A stretch of DNA of 64,000 bases from Williopsis jadinii (Eukaryota): the NCBI GenBank assembly GCA_024346625.1, contig AP024664.1, positions 4,092,001-4,156,000 on the forward strand, given 5' to 3'. Below are positions 54,376 to 64,000 of this stretch, piece by piece. The notes under the pieces were generated by a model. That model was given only the letters and a program-made list of their open reading frames with translations, was not told the DNA's origin and made no database searches. A program made the position numbers and the translations under genes. Position 1 is the stretch's first letter; each line of letters begins with the position of its first letter.

Positions 54376-57300
54376 CTATATATCTCTAAACTCGTCATCA
54401 TCATCACTTTTTAAAGAGATCCCGACATCGTTTGTTCTTTGTGTATCAAGTGTAAGTACAATAGGGTCTTGCTTTAGCTTAGCAACACTGTTTAAATGTT
54501 CATCGACCATCCTTTGAAGTCTCTTGTTACATCTTGTAGAACATAATGATATGAACGATGCAAACCTCTTTGAATCGTTTCCATGGCCAACATTGACACA
54601 GATGTTTCTCTTTGCAGAGATGGAAGGATCAACGTTCAAGTTAACTTCCTCCGCTTCGAAAACTTCTGAAAAGAATAGTGTTCTCTCTTCTTCATTCATG
54701 AATCCTTCTGTCGGTTCAAATTCATTAGAAACTATACGGTCAGAGTCATGACGGTAGACAAATTTGGTAGCTGTTTTCTGATCACGACCAGGCTGCGTCG
54801 GATCGTCAAGGTCAATGATTTGAGATGCGTTCACTTTGCTGATATCGACTTTCAGACGGCGAGCTCCTAAAGTCTTTTTTGCAGGAATATTCTTCAGAAG
54901 GTTTGAGATATCAAGCATCCCTTTCGAAGGCGCCTTCAATGATTTTGATGTTGTCTTCTTGACCTTCTTATTGATATGGACATCATCAGACGCTGTTCTC
55001 CTAGATGGTTTAAAGCTATTGGAAAGCGTTGATCCATCGTCATGGAACGAAGGATCTTCAATGTATTGCTGCTCCATCACTTTCTCAGCAGCTTCATACG
55101 GTTCAAAGTCAGAGAGCTCTTCTTCATATGAACCAAAATTCAAAAGCTTGGACACAGAACTTTCATTCTTTGACAATGATTTCAGAAGCTCTTCATCGTC
55201 AGATTGTATATTCCCTATCGATGTTGAGGCATCTTTGTGCATTTTCAACTGTTCAATTGTATCAGTGAATATATTTTCATCGTCGCTCTCTTCTGAATCC
55301 TTAATCACCGAACCACCATTGCTGGTCTTTTCGTTTCTCTCACTCGTGTCTGATCCCCAATCGTCATCAGCAAAGTCTTCTTCAAACGCCTTAGAAAAAT
55401 TGAGACCAACCCTATTCGTTGTTGATTTTAGTGGGGAAGATACGATGATTTCATCCTCAATGTCTTTATGAGAATCAGATCCGTTTGTCTCCTCTGGAGA
55501 AGCTAAAATTACTTCTTCGTTGTGGTCGATCTCCACGTCTTTCCGTGTATTTAATGTCACATGTGATGAGACGATTTCTTCGTGGTCAAGGACCATACTC
55601 AGTTGGATATCTTTATTTTCAACTCTTGGGTCATCTTGGCTGTCATTTAGATCAATAACAAGACTTGGCTGCTTCGTATCAGGTTTGTTTATTGGTGTGT
55701 AACCCGGTTCTTTTGATTCTTTTGGTTCTGTTGATTTACTGAGAGGGATTTCCACACTCGTGAACCTCTGTGGAGTTGAATATTTGGAGTTCGCAGACAC
55801 CTTTCCAACTGAAGTGTTGGCCGATGTTTTAGCTGTGGATATTGGGCTGTTTTTATTCTTCAACATCCCTATTAAAAAGTCACCGTCATCAGTATCACTG
55901 GACTCTCCGTCTTCTTCTTCAACCTCTTTGGAATTGTCTCCACCAACCTTACGAACCAATGTAGATGATTTGACAAACCCTACTTCTGGCAAATCAGGCA
56001 TGAAAAATCTCTTTTTGCGAGCTGAAGTTGGTGGTTCCGTGTTCTTCAGCTTTGAGCATCTTTTACCCAGAGTGGTACCTTTCCTGCTCTTTGGGGTCTT
56101 TCCGAGCATTGCCTGTGTTGCATGCTTAATAACCTCGTCTGAATCTTCTCCTCTTGCGATGATCAAATTGCTTTCAGGAATGTCAATAAGCGTCTTCTCG
56201 CATCGAGGTTTGATGTCCTTCGGTATTATACGATCAGATTCGTTTAGCTCCAAGTCGTTTTGCTCGATCCGCTTCTGAACAAGAGCATAGTCATGCATTG
56301 CCTGGTTGAACTTCGATTCCTCATTCGAAGCAAATAAGAGTACAACTTTACCATCGTTTTTTCTACCTGTTCGTCCCATTCTTTGAATGTTCTTAATAGG
56401 ACTACTGGTGGTGTCGTAACAAATGATCATATCAACCTCACCAATGTCCAAACCTTCTTCACCAATAGAAGTGGCTACTATTACTTGGAATTCGCCTTTT
56501 TTGAACTTCTTGATTAACTCCTTTTGCATTTTCTGGTTCATACCTTGCAATTGTGCCTCTTCAGATGTACCTGTACGGCTTGTAGCTCTTCTTTCGGCAT
56601 CTTGCTTCTTCTGGTTCTGTCGTTGTTCAGCAATTGCTAATTCCTTTTCAATTCTCTCTTCTCTTGCCTTCTTACCACGTCCTTTCTTGCTATTTTTCAT
56701 CTTATACTCCTCTTCATCGAATTTTTCCTTTCCCTTAGCTTGTCCAATGAAAATATGAGCCTTACATTTATCACCAAGGGTATTATCAATGGTCTGGACA
56801 ATCTCCAAGGCAGATTCCCTCAACTCTGTAAAGACAATCACCCTTGAATCTTTCTTATGGGTGCAAAAATCTTCAAGTTCGGTAATCAAATGTTCAAGTT
56901 TTGGATGGCTGATATAGTTATTGCCCTCTAATAATTCCTCGCATCTCTTCTCTATATGTTTAAGCATTGGATGGAAGAAGAATGATGCAGATAGCTTGTT
57001 TGAAGATTTGCCCAGCTTGTATTTGGTTCTAAACTCTGTGCACTTATCTGTGAAGTATGAATAGAACGATCTCACGCCGTATATCCTCAACCTACGCAGC
57101 ATCTGTCCAACGTATCCAATGACCTGCAAAATGAAGAAGAATTTCCATTTAACACCTTCGTTTAACGAAGGATTTGTCACTACTGCCTTGGACTTCTGCA
57201 TCACTACAAATGCGTTGATCCTTGACGGATCAGTCACATCGTAGATGTTTGCCTCATTTGCCTGCTTCAGTATTGGCTCAATAGCAGTCCCCAACATTTC

Positions 57301-58206
57301 AATGATATCCTCCATATCAGCATTTGAATCGACATTGATCCTCACCTGTTCCTTGTCCTTCATGTACTTGGCAATGTCGGCGCTCTCCTCAGTTCTGATT
57401 TCAATATGGGAGATGTGCAAGTTGTTCACAACTTCCTGGACACCTTCAATATCAGATGCTGGCGTCGCAGTCAAAGCTAGCACCCTGAATGAGGTGTTGA
57501 ACCTGTCAATGAACTTCACAACACCGGTGTATGCGTAATTCTCTCTGGCCCTGTGTGCTTCATCGATGACGAGGCATACAATCTCCTTGGGGTTCAGAGT
57601 ACCAGCCTTAAGATCATTCTCAACAACTTGAGGTGTTGTGAAGAAGACGCGCTTACTCTCCCAGATCTGAGGTCTGTTCTTCCGTGACTTGTCCAACAAC
57701 ACTGCGGTATCGTCACTGGGTATATCAGTCACGCCGAGACACGCTTGGATCTGCTGAGCCACAAGGGGCCTCGTTGGCGCCATGAATATGATCTTGCCCT
57801 TCGTGAACCATCTGTAGTAGTTAAGCATCACGGTCGAGGCAATGAAGGTCTTACCCATACCTGTTGGAATGGCACATAGCAGGTTTGTGTAGAGAGCCTT
57901 TGCTATGATGTCGTACTGGTAGTCTCTAACGTCGAAGTTACTCGGATAGATGTACGAGCCGAGGTTTGGCCTGTTGAGTTCGTGATGGGTCCGCTGGAAC
58001 GTCACCTCCCTGTGTATCTCTTCGTACACCGGTACTTCACCTTCTAATACCTCGCCGGTCAGAGTCCTTTGAACTGCCCGTGGCCGCCGTATTACAGTCT
58101 CTTTAACCCGGCGGTTAACCTCCGTACGCTCTACCGCCTGGTCGAGAAGCTCGTCATCGAGAGAGTCGTCAAAGACGTCAGAGTCAGAATCATCAAATCC
58201 GCTCAT
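54376..58206 (-). CDS. MPH1: FANCM-family DNA helicase Mph1
   Basis: VRDYQ, AIPTGMGKT, IDEAHRA, LALTATP, ATSIGEEGLDIGEVD, QRMGRTGRK. Confidence 0.95.
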   Translation of the reverse strand: MSGFDDSDSDVFDDSLDDELLDQAVERTEVNRRVKETVIRRPRAVQRTLTGEVLEGEVPVYEEIHREVTFQRTHHELNRPNLGSYIYPSNFDVRDYQYDIIAKALYTNLLCAIPTGMGKTFIASTVMLNYYRWFTKGKIIFMAPTRPLVAQQIQACLGVTDIPSDDTAVLLDKSRKNRPQIWESKRVFFTTPQVVENDLKAGTLNPKEIVCLVIDEAHRARENYAYTGVVKFIDRFNTSFRVLALTATPASDIEGVQEVVNNLHISHIEIRTEESADIAKYMKDKEQVRINVDSNADMEDIIEMLGTAIEPILKQANEANIYDVTDPSRINAFVVMQKSKAVVTNPSLNEGVKWKFFFILQVIGYVGQMLRRLRIYGVRSFYSYFTDKCTEFRTKYKLGKSSNKLSASFFFHPMLKHIEKRCEELLEGNNYISHPKLEHLITELEDFCTHKKDSRVIVFTELRESALEIVQTIDNTLGDKCKAHIFIGQAKGKEKFDEEEYKMKNSKKGRGKKAREERIEKELAIAEQRQNQKKQDAERRATSRTGTSEEAQLQGMNQKMQKELIKKFKKGEFQVIVATSIGEEGLDIGEVDMIICYDTTSSPIKNIQRMGRTGRKNDGKVVLLFASNEESKFNQAMHDYALVQKRIEQNDLELNESDRIIPKDIKPRCEKTLIDIPESNLIIARGEDSDEVIKHATQAMLGKTPKSRKGTTLGKRCSKLKNTEPPTSARKKRFFMPDLPEVGFVKSSTLVRKVGGDNSKEVEEEDGESSDTDDGDFLIGMLKNKNSPISTAKTSANTSVGKVSANSKYSTPQRFTSVEIPLSKSTEPKESKEPGYTPINKPDTKQPSLVIDLNDSQDDPRVENKDIQLSMVLDHEEIVSSHVTLNTRKDVEIDHNEEVILASPEETNGSDSHKDIEDEIIVSSPLKSTTNRVGLNFSKAFEEDFADDDWGSDTSERNEKTSNGGSVIKDSEESDDENIFTDTIEQLKMHKDASTSIGNIQSDDEELLKSLSKNESSVSKLLNFGSYEEELSDFEPYEAAEKVMEQQYIEDPSFHDDGSTLSNSFKPSRRTASDDVHINKKVKKTTSKSLKAPSKGMLDISNLLKNIPAKKTLGARRLKVDISKVNASQIIDLDDPTQPGRDQKTATKFVYRHDSDRIVSNEFEPTEGFMNEEERTLFFSEVFEAEEVNLNVDPSISAKRNICVNVGHGNDSKRFASFISLCSTRCNKRLQRMVDEHLNSVAKLKQDPIVLTLDTQRTNDVGISLKSDDDDEFRDI

Positions 58207-58436
58207 CGCTTACTGTATCAACGAACCGCCCTGTTGTTGTGTCATCGATGTGGATTGTGGCAAGTCTAAACACTCCCAAAGCGCGTGCTTGTGGTCTCTG
58301 GTTCGCGCCACAAAACGTAAACAAACACGAAACATCACGTAAAAAAGAGCTTACGAAACGTACGCGTCCCATCTCATGGCATTTGTAAAACTTCTATGTA
58401 TATTCTTCTAATAATGCTATATATTGAGTGAAGGAT

Positions 58437-61400
58437 TCATTGTTTAGCAGCACTAAAGGCCGCAATGACATCTTTCTTTGTGAATCTCAGTTCGAGGTCT
58501 CTGTAGAACCGGTTGATGATATCGGTAAGTTTCATGGTGACGGAGACAAACTCACCTTGTAATGAGGACCACATATTATCAACCAAGGCTGTCTGGATCT
58601 CTGATCTCTCGCTATCGTAGAGCTGTTGCTCAACGTCCTTTCTCATGTTGTTAACGATCATTGTTATATCCTTCGTGGTGAAGTTGGAGAGAAGCTTGTT
58701 GATTTCATCCTTGTTGTACACTACCCTCTTGGATGGGTCGATGACCTTATTCGTGTACTCTTTGGAGATTGCATCAACTTCGTAGACAAAGGAGGAAATC
58801 TTACCAAAGTACTGGGAGACCATTTCTGAGACATACTGTTCGCTGGCGTCCTTGAACATATCGTTCACAACGTCCAAGGACTCCTGTAGTCCATTGACCT
58901 TCATTGGTCCCAACGATTCAATAATCCAGTTACAATTCTGTAAATCATTTGTCAACAAGGTTCTGAACTTCTTCAACTCGCCGCCATCTCTGATCTTTAA
59001 GATCTTCTCGCCTCTGGTGGCTGAGTTCATGTTTCTCACAATTGTAGCGCAGAACATCTTATAAGACTGCTCGATGACCTTCTTGGTGTCCAATTCACTA
59101 TATGAAACTGTTTGATAACGCGATGTGGAGATAATTCTTTCACACTCTTGCTCATTGTCTATGACAAGCTGACAGAAGTTTTTGACGGCAGCAGATACAC
59201 CTTCCCTTCTCACCTTGGCAGTCATATACTTATCAATACTCTTACATTCATAAGTAACAAAGTTTTCCCAATCCGATTGTACTTTGTTTCTCAGCCTGTT
59301 GAAGATACCAACCATGTATTCCTGGTTCGTGGATGAAAATCTCTTGTCGAAAAGTTCCAAGTATAGCAGGAAAGGTGGTGAGTTTCTCATGTCCGATCTG
59401 AGACAATGTTTGAAGTTCCTCAACAAGGCCTGAATTCCAGGTTGAAGCAGTGTGTTAAGCACATTGTAAATGTCCCTCACATTTTCTCTGTTCGAATCGA
59501 TCTCACTAACAGATGAGGTAAGAAGTGATGGACGTTCGCTAATAGGATAGGCCTTCATATATGCAGCCAAGTCATGATTTTCATTGGACATGTGGAAAAA
59601 CTTCACCGTAAAGTCCTGCAATAACAGAAGATGTTTCTCCAAAGCCTGCACTGTATTAATAAGCTTTTCGACCTCACCATTTCTGTCACTGCTGTAACGA
59701 GGTATTGACGCTGCTGATGAAGAATCCAGCATGGCAAACTTCTCTCTAAGTTTTTCGTGTGTTGGCGTTGGTGTGTTTGATTGTAATGTTGATGATCTCT
59801 TTCTAGATGAAAACAATGAGGATGTACCATCTGAAGAGTCGTCAATAAGAGAGTACTTGTGTTTGTTATATGCACTTTCCACTAAGCTTTCCGATAACTG
59901 GGACAGAACTCTTTGGTAAAAAGTGTTTGCATAGCCTTCCCATGAACCAATGATACCAAAGTATGTTGGCTCTGAGTTATTTCGGACAAAGAGTGTCAAT
60001 CCACTGTACACCAACATCTCTGATAAAGCATCCTTAAAAGTGACATCATGGGTGCTATCATACTTACCCATTTCAGTAACAATATATCTGAATCTAGAAT
60101 CCAGTTCAGATGTAACTCTTCTCATAAACTGTTCCGTGGCATACTCATACTTGGATCTTCTCTCTGTAAGTGCATGCATCTCACCTAAATTATCCTCATT
60201 ATTATCACCACCTCTAATGGCATTCAAGGCTGACTCTAAATCAGATAGGGTACCTTCTAAGCTGTACAAGTCTCTGTCAAGGTCCCCCGATGCCAAAACC
60301 TTAAGCGAGCTGTCATCAACAGAAACAATATTGAACAACTTTCTCAACTCATGTTGAAGATGTTTCTTGTTCACAGTTTCCACTTGTAAACCGTTACTTT
60401 CAAGCTCAATGTCTTTAATGTCGTTGACAAAGCCTGAAAGCTCCACAGAATAAAAGTTGAACAAGGGAGAAATCTTTTTACACTGCGAAGCAATGTTGGA
60501 AGCAGTTTGGACCAATCCACCGGATTTGCTTTTCACTTCGAGCAGTGCTTTAGTCATCTCGTATTCTGTCAACGCCAGTTCCTTAACCAACTTTGCTGTC
60601 AATGTTTCAGAGTCGTCATTTGAATCCCAGTAGATCTCATCAAATACATCAGCCATTGCATTGTTCAAGTTTTCTGGTTGTGCCTCCATAAGACTGTTCA
60701 TTGTAGCTGAACGTTGTCTACTTTCTTTCGTTTCAGTTGACACTTTCAATTGATCAGCAGGTTTGGCGTTTGCCTCGCCTCTTAGCGATACTTCTTCTGC
60801 ACCAGGGAACGGTTCTTCCGGTATATTATTTAGAACTTCATGACTATGATACGTCTGGTCAAATGAGTGATCATCTGAATTGTCATAAGACAGGTCTTCC
60901 TGTTCAGGAGGTGTAATAACTATAGGGGTCTCCTGTTGAGCATTTCTGATCTTGAGCGGAGATACAGAGTCTTGCACTGGTTCTTGTTCATACTGTTGTA
61001 GCTGATCTTGCTCTTGGTTATCATCATCACCTGCATAGAGGTCCGCAATATCCCCGCTATCGGAGTCATCTGCTTCTGTCTCTGCTTCTTCTGCTTCATT
61101 TCTAGCCTCTTCTTGTTCAAACTCCTCTCTTGTCTTTGCATGTGCCACCATGTTTATGCTCTGAATACACTGTGACACATCAGAAGTGTTACTCTGGCTC
61201 TTCTCAATAGGCTTCAGCAAATCATCATCCACTTCCTCATCTTGAAGTTGTCCCTTTCCGCCGTCTTGAATCACCGAATCAATATCGTTCATCTTCATAG
61301 ATTCAACTTTGGCAGCAAGGTCCTCATCTACTAAGGATCTCTGTTCCTGTGAATTACCATCACTATTGACATTTGTGACATTTGGTAAGAGCCCTGGTTG

Positions 61401-62570
61401 TTTTGCCTCTTTCAACTGTGATATTGGAGTTTGTTGCAAAGTTGAGCTGGATGCTGACGAAGGTGCAGCTGCTTGGATCACCGGAACAACAGGAACCACA
61501 ACTGGAGGAGCTTGTAGTCCAGTTTTCGTCGTTGCTCTTGACGGTGGAGCATCTGGTATTACCAAAGGGACAGGGACATTTCTGGTCTCCTTCTCCTGTT
61601 GACGTTGTCTCTCCGGTGATCTCTGTGGGGATGTCTGTGGTACTGGTGTACTACCTTGTTCCTGTAGTTTCTTTGGTGACGACTGAACTTGTTTGGGGGT
61701 TTGTTGCAACTTCACCGGTGATTCAGAGTTTGGAGTAGGCAAGTCCTTATTCAAGAACAGCTTATAAGATGCATCATCCAATCCAAACAGTTTCAAGTCC
61801 CAATTAATCAATTTCGGAACAAACCCATTCTTGAACTTCCGGTAAACCCTAACGAGACTCGTTATGAACACCTGTCTCTCCCTAGACGACTGGGTCTCCC
61901 AGTAATAAGACTTTCCCAACACAGCGGTGAATCCAACATCGTTGTGCAATTCTCTCTCCAGGGAGTATAAATCGTTCAAGGACCACGTTCTGCCGATTTG
62001 AAACGAGCCATTGGAGTTCTCACGGCCCTTGTGCAAGTAAACAGTACCGTCTTTCTTCACAGCCAACGCCAACACCCTCTGCTTCTTCGAAGACTGTGGT
62101 GAGGAAGCCGGCGGTCTCGAAGACGGGTAGCCTGAGTCCTCAACGACTCTCACGTGAGTGATGTAGCTGTCCACCAGGACCCCATCGGAGTCATAACTCG
62201 AGAAGCAGTATTTGATCAGCCCTTGCTTATCTGACTCGTACTGCTGTGCGAGGTTCATGGCGCCGGTCGAGCCCGCTGAAGATCTGTTACTCTTCAAAGC
62301 ACCACCACCATTGGCACCACCACCATTGGCACCGCTCTTCACGGGCGCCTGGTGCGGTAGCGGCATCTGTGCAACCATGGGCTTCATGATGTAGCCCTCA
62401 GGCCCTGGCTCCGGCAACGACAGGCCGAGCTGGCCCAACGCCGCCGCTCTCTGTGGTGACTGAGCTCCTCCTTGCTGAACACTTGGTGATTGGCCAGACT
62501 GTCTCTTGCGCTCTTCCCGCGAGTTCTCGCGCGAGTGCGAGAACTTCTTGAAAGGAGACGTGATTGCCAT
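58437..62570 (-). CDS. SEC3: Exocyst subunit Sec3
   Basis: YITHVRVVEDS..SSRPP, HKGRENSNGSFQIGRTW (PH-like domain), ESNGLQVETVN. Confidence 0.93.
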   Translation of the reverse strand: MAITSPFKKFSHSRENSREERKRQSGQSPSVQQGGAQSPQRAAALGQLGLSLPEPGPEGYIMKPMVAQMPLPHQAPVKSGANGGGANGGGALKSNRSSAGSTGAMNLAQQYESDKQGLIKYCFSSYDSDGVLVDSYITHVRVVEDSGYPSSRPPASSPQSSKKQRVLALAVKKDGTVYLHKGRENSNGSFQIGRTWSLNDLYSLERELHNDVGFTAVLGKSYYWETQSSRERQVFITSLVRVYRKFKNGFVPKLINWDLKLFGLDDASYKLFLNKDLPTPNSESPVKLQQTPKQVQSSPKKLQEQGSTPVPQTSPQRSPERQRQQEKETRNVPVPLVIPDAPPSRATTKTGLQAPPVVVPVVPVIQAAAPSSASSSTLQQTPISQLKEAKQPGLLPNVTNVNSDGNSQEQRSLVDEDLAAKVESMKMNDIDSVIQDGGKGQLQDEEVDDDLLKPIEKSQSNTSDVSQCIQSINMVAHAKTREEFEQEEARNEAEEAETEADDSDSGDIADLYAGDDDNQEQDQLQQYEQEPVQDSVSPLKIRNAQQETPIVITPPEQEDLSYDNSDDHSFDQTYHSHEVLNNIPEEPFPGAEEVSLRGEANAKPADQLKVSTETKESRQRSATMNSLMEAQPENLNNAMADVFDEIYWDSNDDSETLTAKLVKELALTEYEMTKALLEVKSKSGGLVQTASNIASQCKKISPLFNFYSVELSGFVNDIKDIELESNGLQVETVNKKHLQHELRKLFNIVSVDDSSLKVLASGDLDRDLYSLEGTLSDLESALNAIRGGDNNEDNLGEMHALTERRSKYEYATEQFMRRVTSELDSRFRYIVTEMGKYDSTHDVTFKDALSEMLVYSGLTLFVRNNSEPTYFGIIGSWEGYANTFYQRVLSQLSESLVESAYNKHKYSLIDDSSDGTSSLFSSRKRSSTLQSNTPTPTHEKLREKFAMLDSSSAASIPRYSSDRNGEVEKLINTVQALEKHLLLLQDFTVKFFHMSNENHDLAAYMKAYPISERPSLLTSSVSEIDSNRENVRDIYNVLNTLLQPGIQALLRNFKHCLRSDMRNSPPFLLYLELFDKRFSSTNQEYMVGIFNRLRNKVQSDWENFVTYECKSIDKYMTAKVRREGVSAAVKNFCQLVIDNEQECERIISTSRYQTVSYSELDTKKVIEQSYKMFCATIVRNMNSATRGEKILKIRDGGELKKFRTLLTNDLQNCNWIIESLGPMKVNGLQESLDVVNDMFKDASEQYVSEMVSQYFGKISSFVYEVDAISKEYTNKVIDPSKRVVYNKDEINKLLSNFTTKDITMIVNNMRKDVEQQLYDSERSEIQTALVDNMWSSLQGEFVSVTMKLTDIINRFYRDLELRFTKKDVIAAFSAAKQ

Positions 62571-63559
62571 TGTGATCTGCCTCTTGTTTACGTGCTCGCT
62601 GGTCTCTGTCTCTGGTTCTCTGTGTGTTTGTGTGTGCTTTTACCACGGCGGCCCCCTTTGCTCTTTGTGTGTGCGTTCGTGATGTTTTGATGGAACCCCC
62701 CACCCGCTCTCCCCTCCGCTGCGGCGGGAAAAGGTGGCCTGTGCTGTGTCTGTCTGCTTACATAAGCATTAAAGTCTTAGTCAGTGCTTATGTAAGCATA
62801 TGGATTATGTAATATTCCGGTCAAATCTGCCCTGTCCTGCCCTCCCCCTCGGAAATTACCCGATCTGGAAGCGGTAAACGTTATCAGTGGCTCAAACCCT
62901 AAACCGGTGCATTCCCTACACACCACGGCCTGTCCGCCTGCCAACAGCACCACCAATTGGCACGTTGTAGTCGTAGAGCTCCAGCCATCACACACCACAT
63001 CACACACCACACACTTCCTCTCACTCCAGACAACAAATCACACTCCACACACCACACACAATCCATCCCTGGGCCAACAACCACAGCCCGCAACGTCCCT
63101 GTTCTGCAGCGTCTGCCCCCCCCCCTCGCCATGTGGCTCCCCCTGTGGCCCTCCCAAATCGGCACGGTCCTCACCAGGTTACCATCACCGGCTTCCGATG
63201 GGCTCCCAGCACAAGGGAAAGGCTTCCAGCAGAAGGGATCAGTTCACGTGACGGGGCACCAGCTCGCTGCCTCCTGCAACGTAATTATGTCCTGCCGTCT
63301 CTTCTCCTGATGACACATCCTCTGTGCTGTGCAGAGGGCGGAAAGCAACGAATCCTGAACGGAGAGGCGTTTTCTCTGCTGGTGCGCTGAGATTGCGAAG
63401 ATACGTCGTCAGTTGACTTTAGAGGGGCCATCTACTGATAAAGTGCGCTGCTGCGTATATAAAGGCGGACGTGGAAGCGAGAGTTGATCCTGCAGACGTT
63501 GAGACAGGTAGCATTGTTATCATCCTCAGACTTGATACTGCTTTCACAGAGGAGCTGGA

Positions 63560-63610
63560 AGCACTAACACAGCACTAACACAGCACTAACACACACACAC
63601 ACACACACAC
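63560..63610. repeat. (AGCACTAACAC)x3 running into (AC)n immediately before the GPP1 ATG
   Basis: Directly visible. Confidence 0.85.
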
Positions 63611-63611
63611 A

Positions 63612-64000
63612 ATGAGTATGTTACCCTCCACCATACACTCACAAGCATACTAACCCCCCTCAGCCGTCAAGAAACCGATCACCCTCCATCTACACGCCGC
63701 ACTCTTCGACGTGGACGGCACCATCGTGGACTCGTCACAGCCTATCCTGGACTTCTGGGTCAACTTCGGCAAGGACAAGGACTACTTCGACGGGCAGTAC
63801 GTCTTTGACCACACACACGGGTGGAGAACGTTCGATGCCATCGCCAAGTACGCGCCAGACTTTGCTGACGAGGAGCTCGTGAAGAAGCTGGAAGGACAGG
63901 TGCCAGATCTCTATGGCGCCGGTGCCAAGGAGATCCCAGGCGCCATCGACCTGGTGAACAGCATCCTCAACCTGCCTACTGAGTCGCAGAGACTCGCTGT
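63612..64000 (+). CDS. GPP1: HAD-family glycerol-3-phosphate phosphatase, 5' part; intron 63616-63663
   Basis: ATG A|CC gives MTVKKPITLHLHAALFDVDGT..FGKDKDYFD..HGWRTFDAIAKYAPDFADEE; intron GTATGT..TACTAAC..CAG. Missed by the ORF track. Confidence 0.88.

Noticed and set aside
54836..56278. Long antisense ORFs inside MPH1 (similar ones inside DRS1, SPT6 and SEC3)
   Set aside because: Ser/Phe-rich shadows of charged sense-strand codons

Overview
Gene-dense 64-kb segment of a budding-yeast (Saccharomycotina) chromosome. CTG encodes a conserved Leu (SPX motif YKA-L-KK), so this is the standard code and not the CUG-Ser clade. Short introns with GTGAGT/GTAAGT/GTATGT donors and TACT(A/G)AC branch points are common; a Cyberlindnera/Wickerhamomyces-type yeast is an inference only. 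About 27 protein genes are present, mostly housekeeping (MRPL9, CRM1, PHO81, PRP19, UTP7, LMO1, DRS1, SYS1, DJP1, SYF2, SPT6, EXP1, YFH1, IST3, UTP8, MPH1, SEC3, GPP1). The standout is a five-gene catabolic cluster at 4.3-15.7 kb: aldose/xylose-reductase-type AKR, fructosyl-amine-oxidase-family FAD enzyme, Zn2Cys6 regulator, 5-oxoprolinase-family enzyme and Dal5-family permease. Its promoters share a CG-N5-ACCTTC motif (six copies), and two of them also carry GATAAG sites. The inferred function is use of a glycated, lactamised amino acid (e.g. fructosyl-pyroglutamate or fructosyl-glutamine) as a nitrogen/carbon source. Other oddities: a frameshifted SUT1-like gene, a divergent eIF4E-fold-like ORF lacking cap-binding tryptophans, an ACU-type Na/K-like P-ATPase, a Rab4-like GTPase, an altered CRM1 NES groove, an intron that splits the PHO81 start codon, and a pseudokinase-like orphan. 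No tRNA, rRNA, CRISPR array or intact mobile element was recognised.
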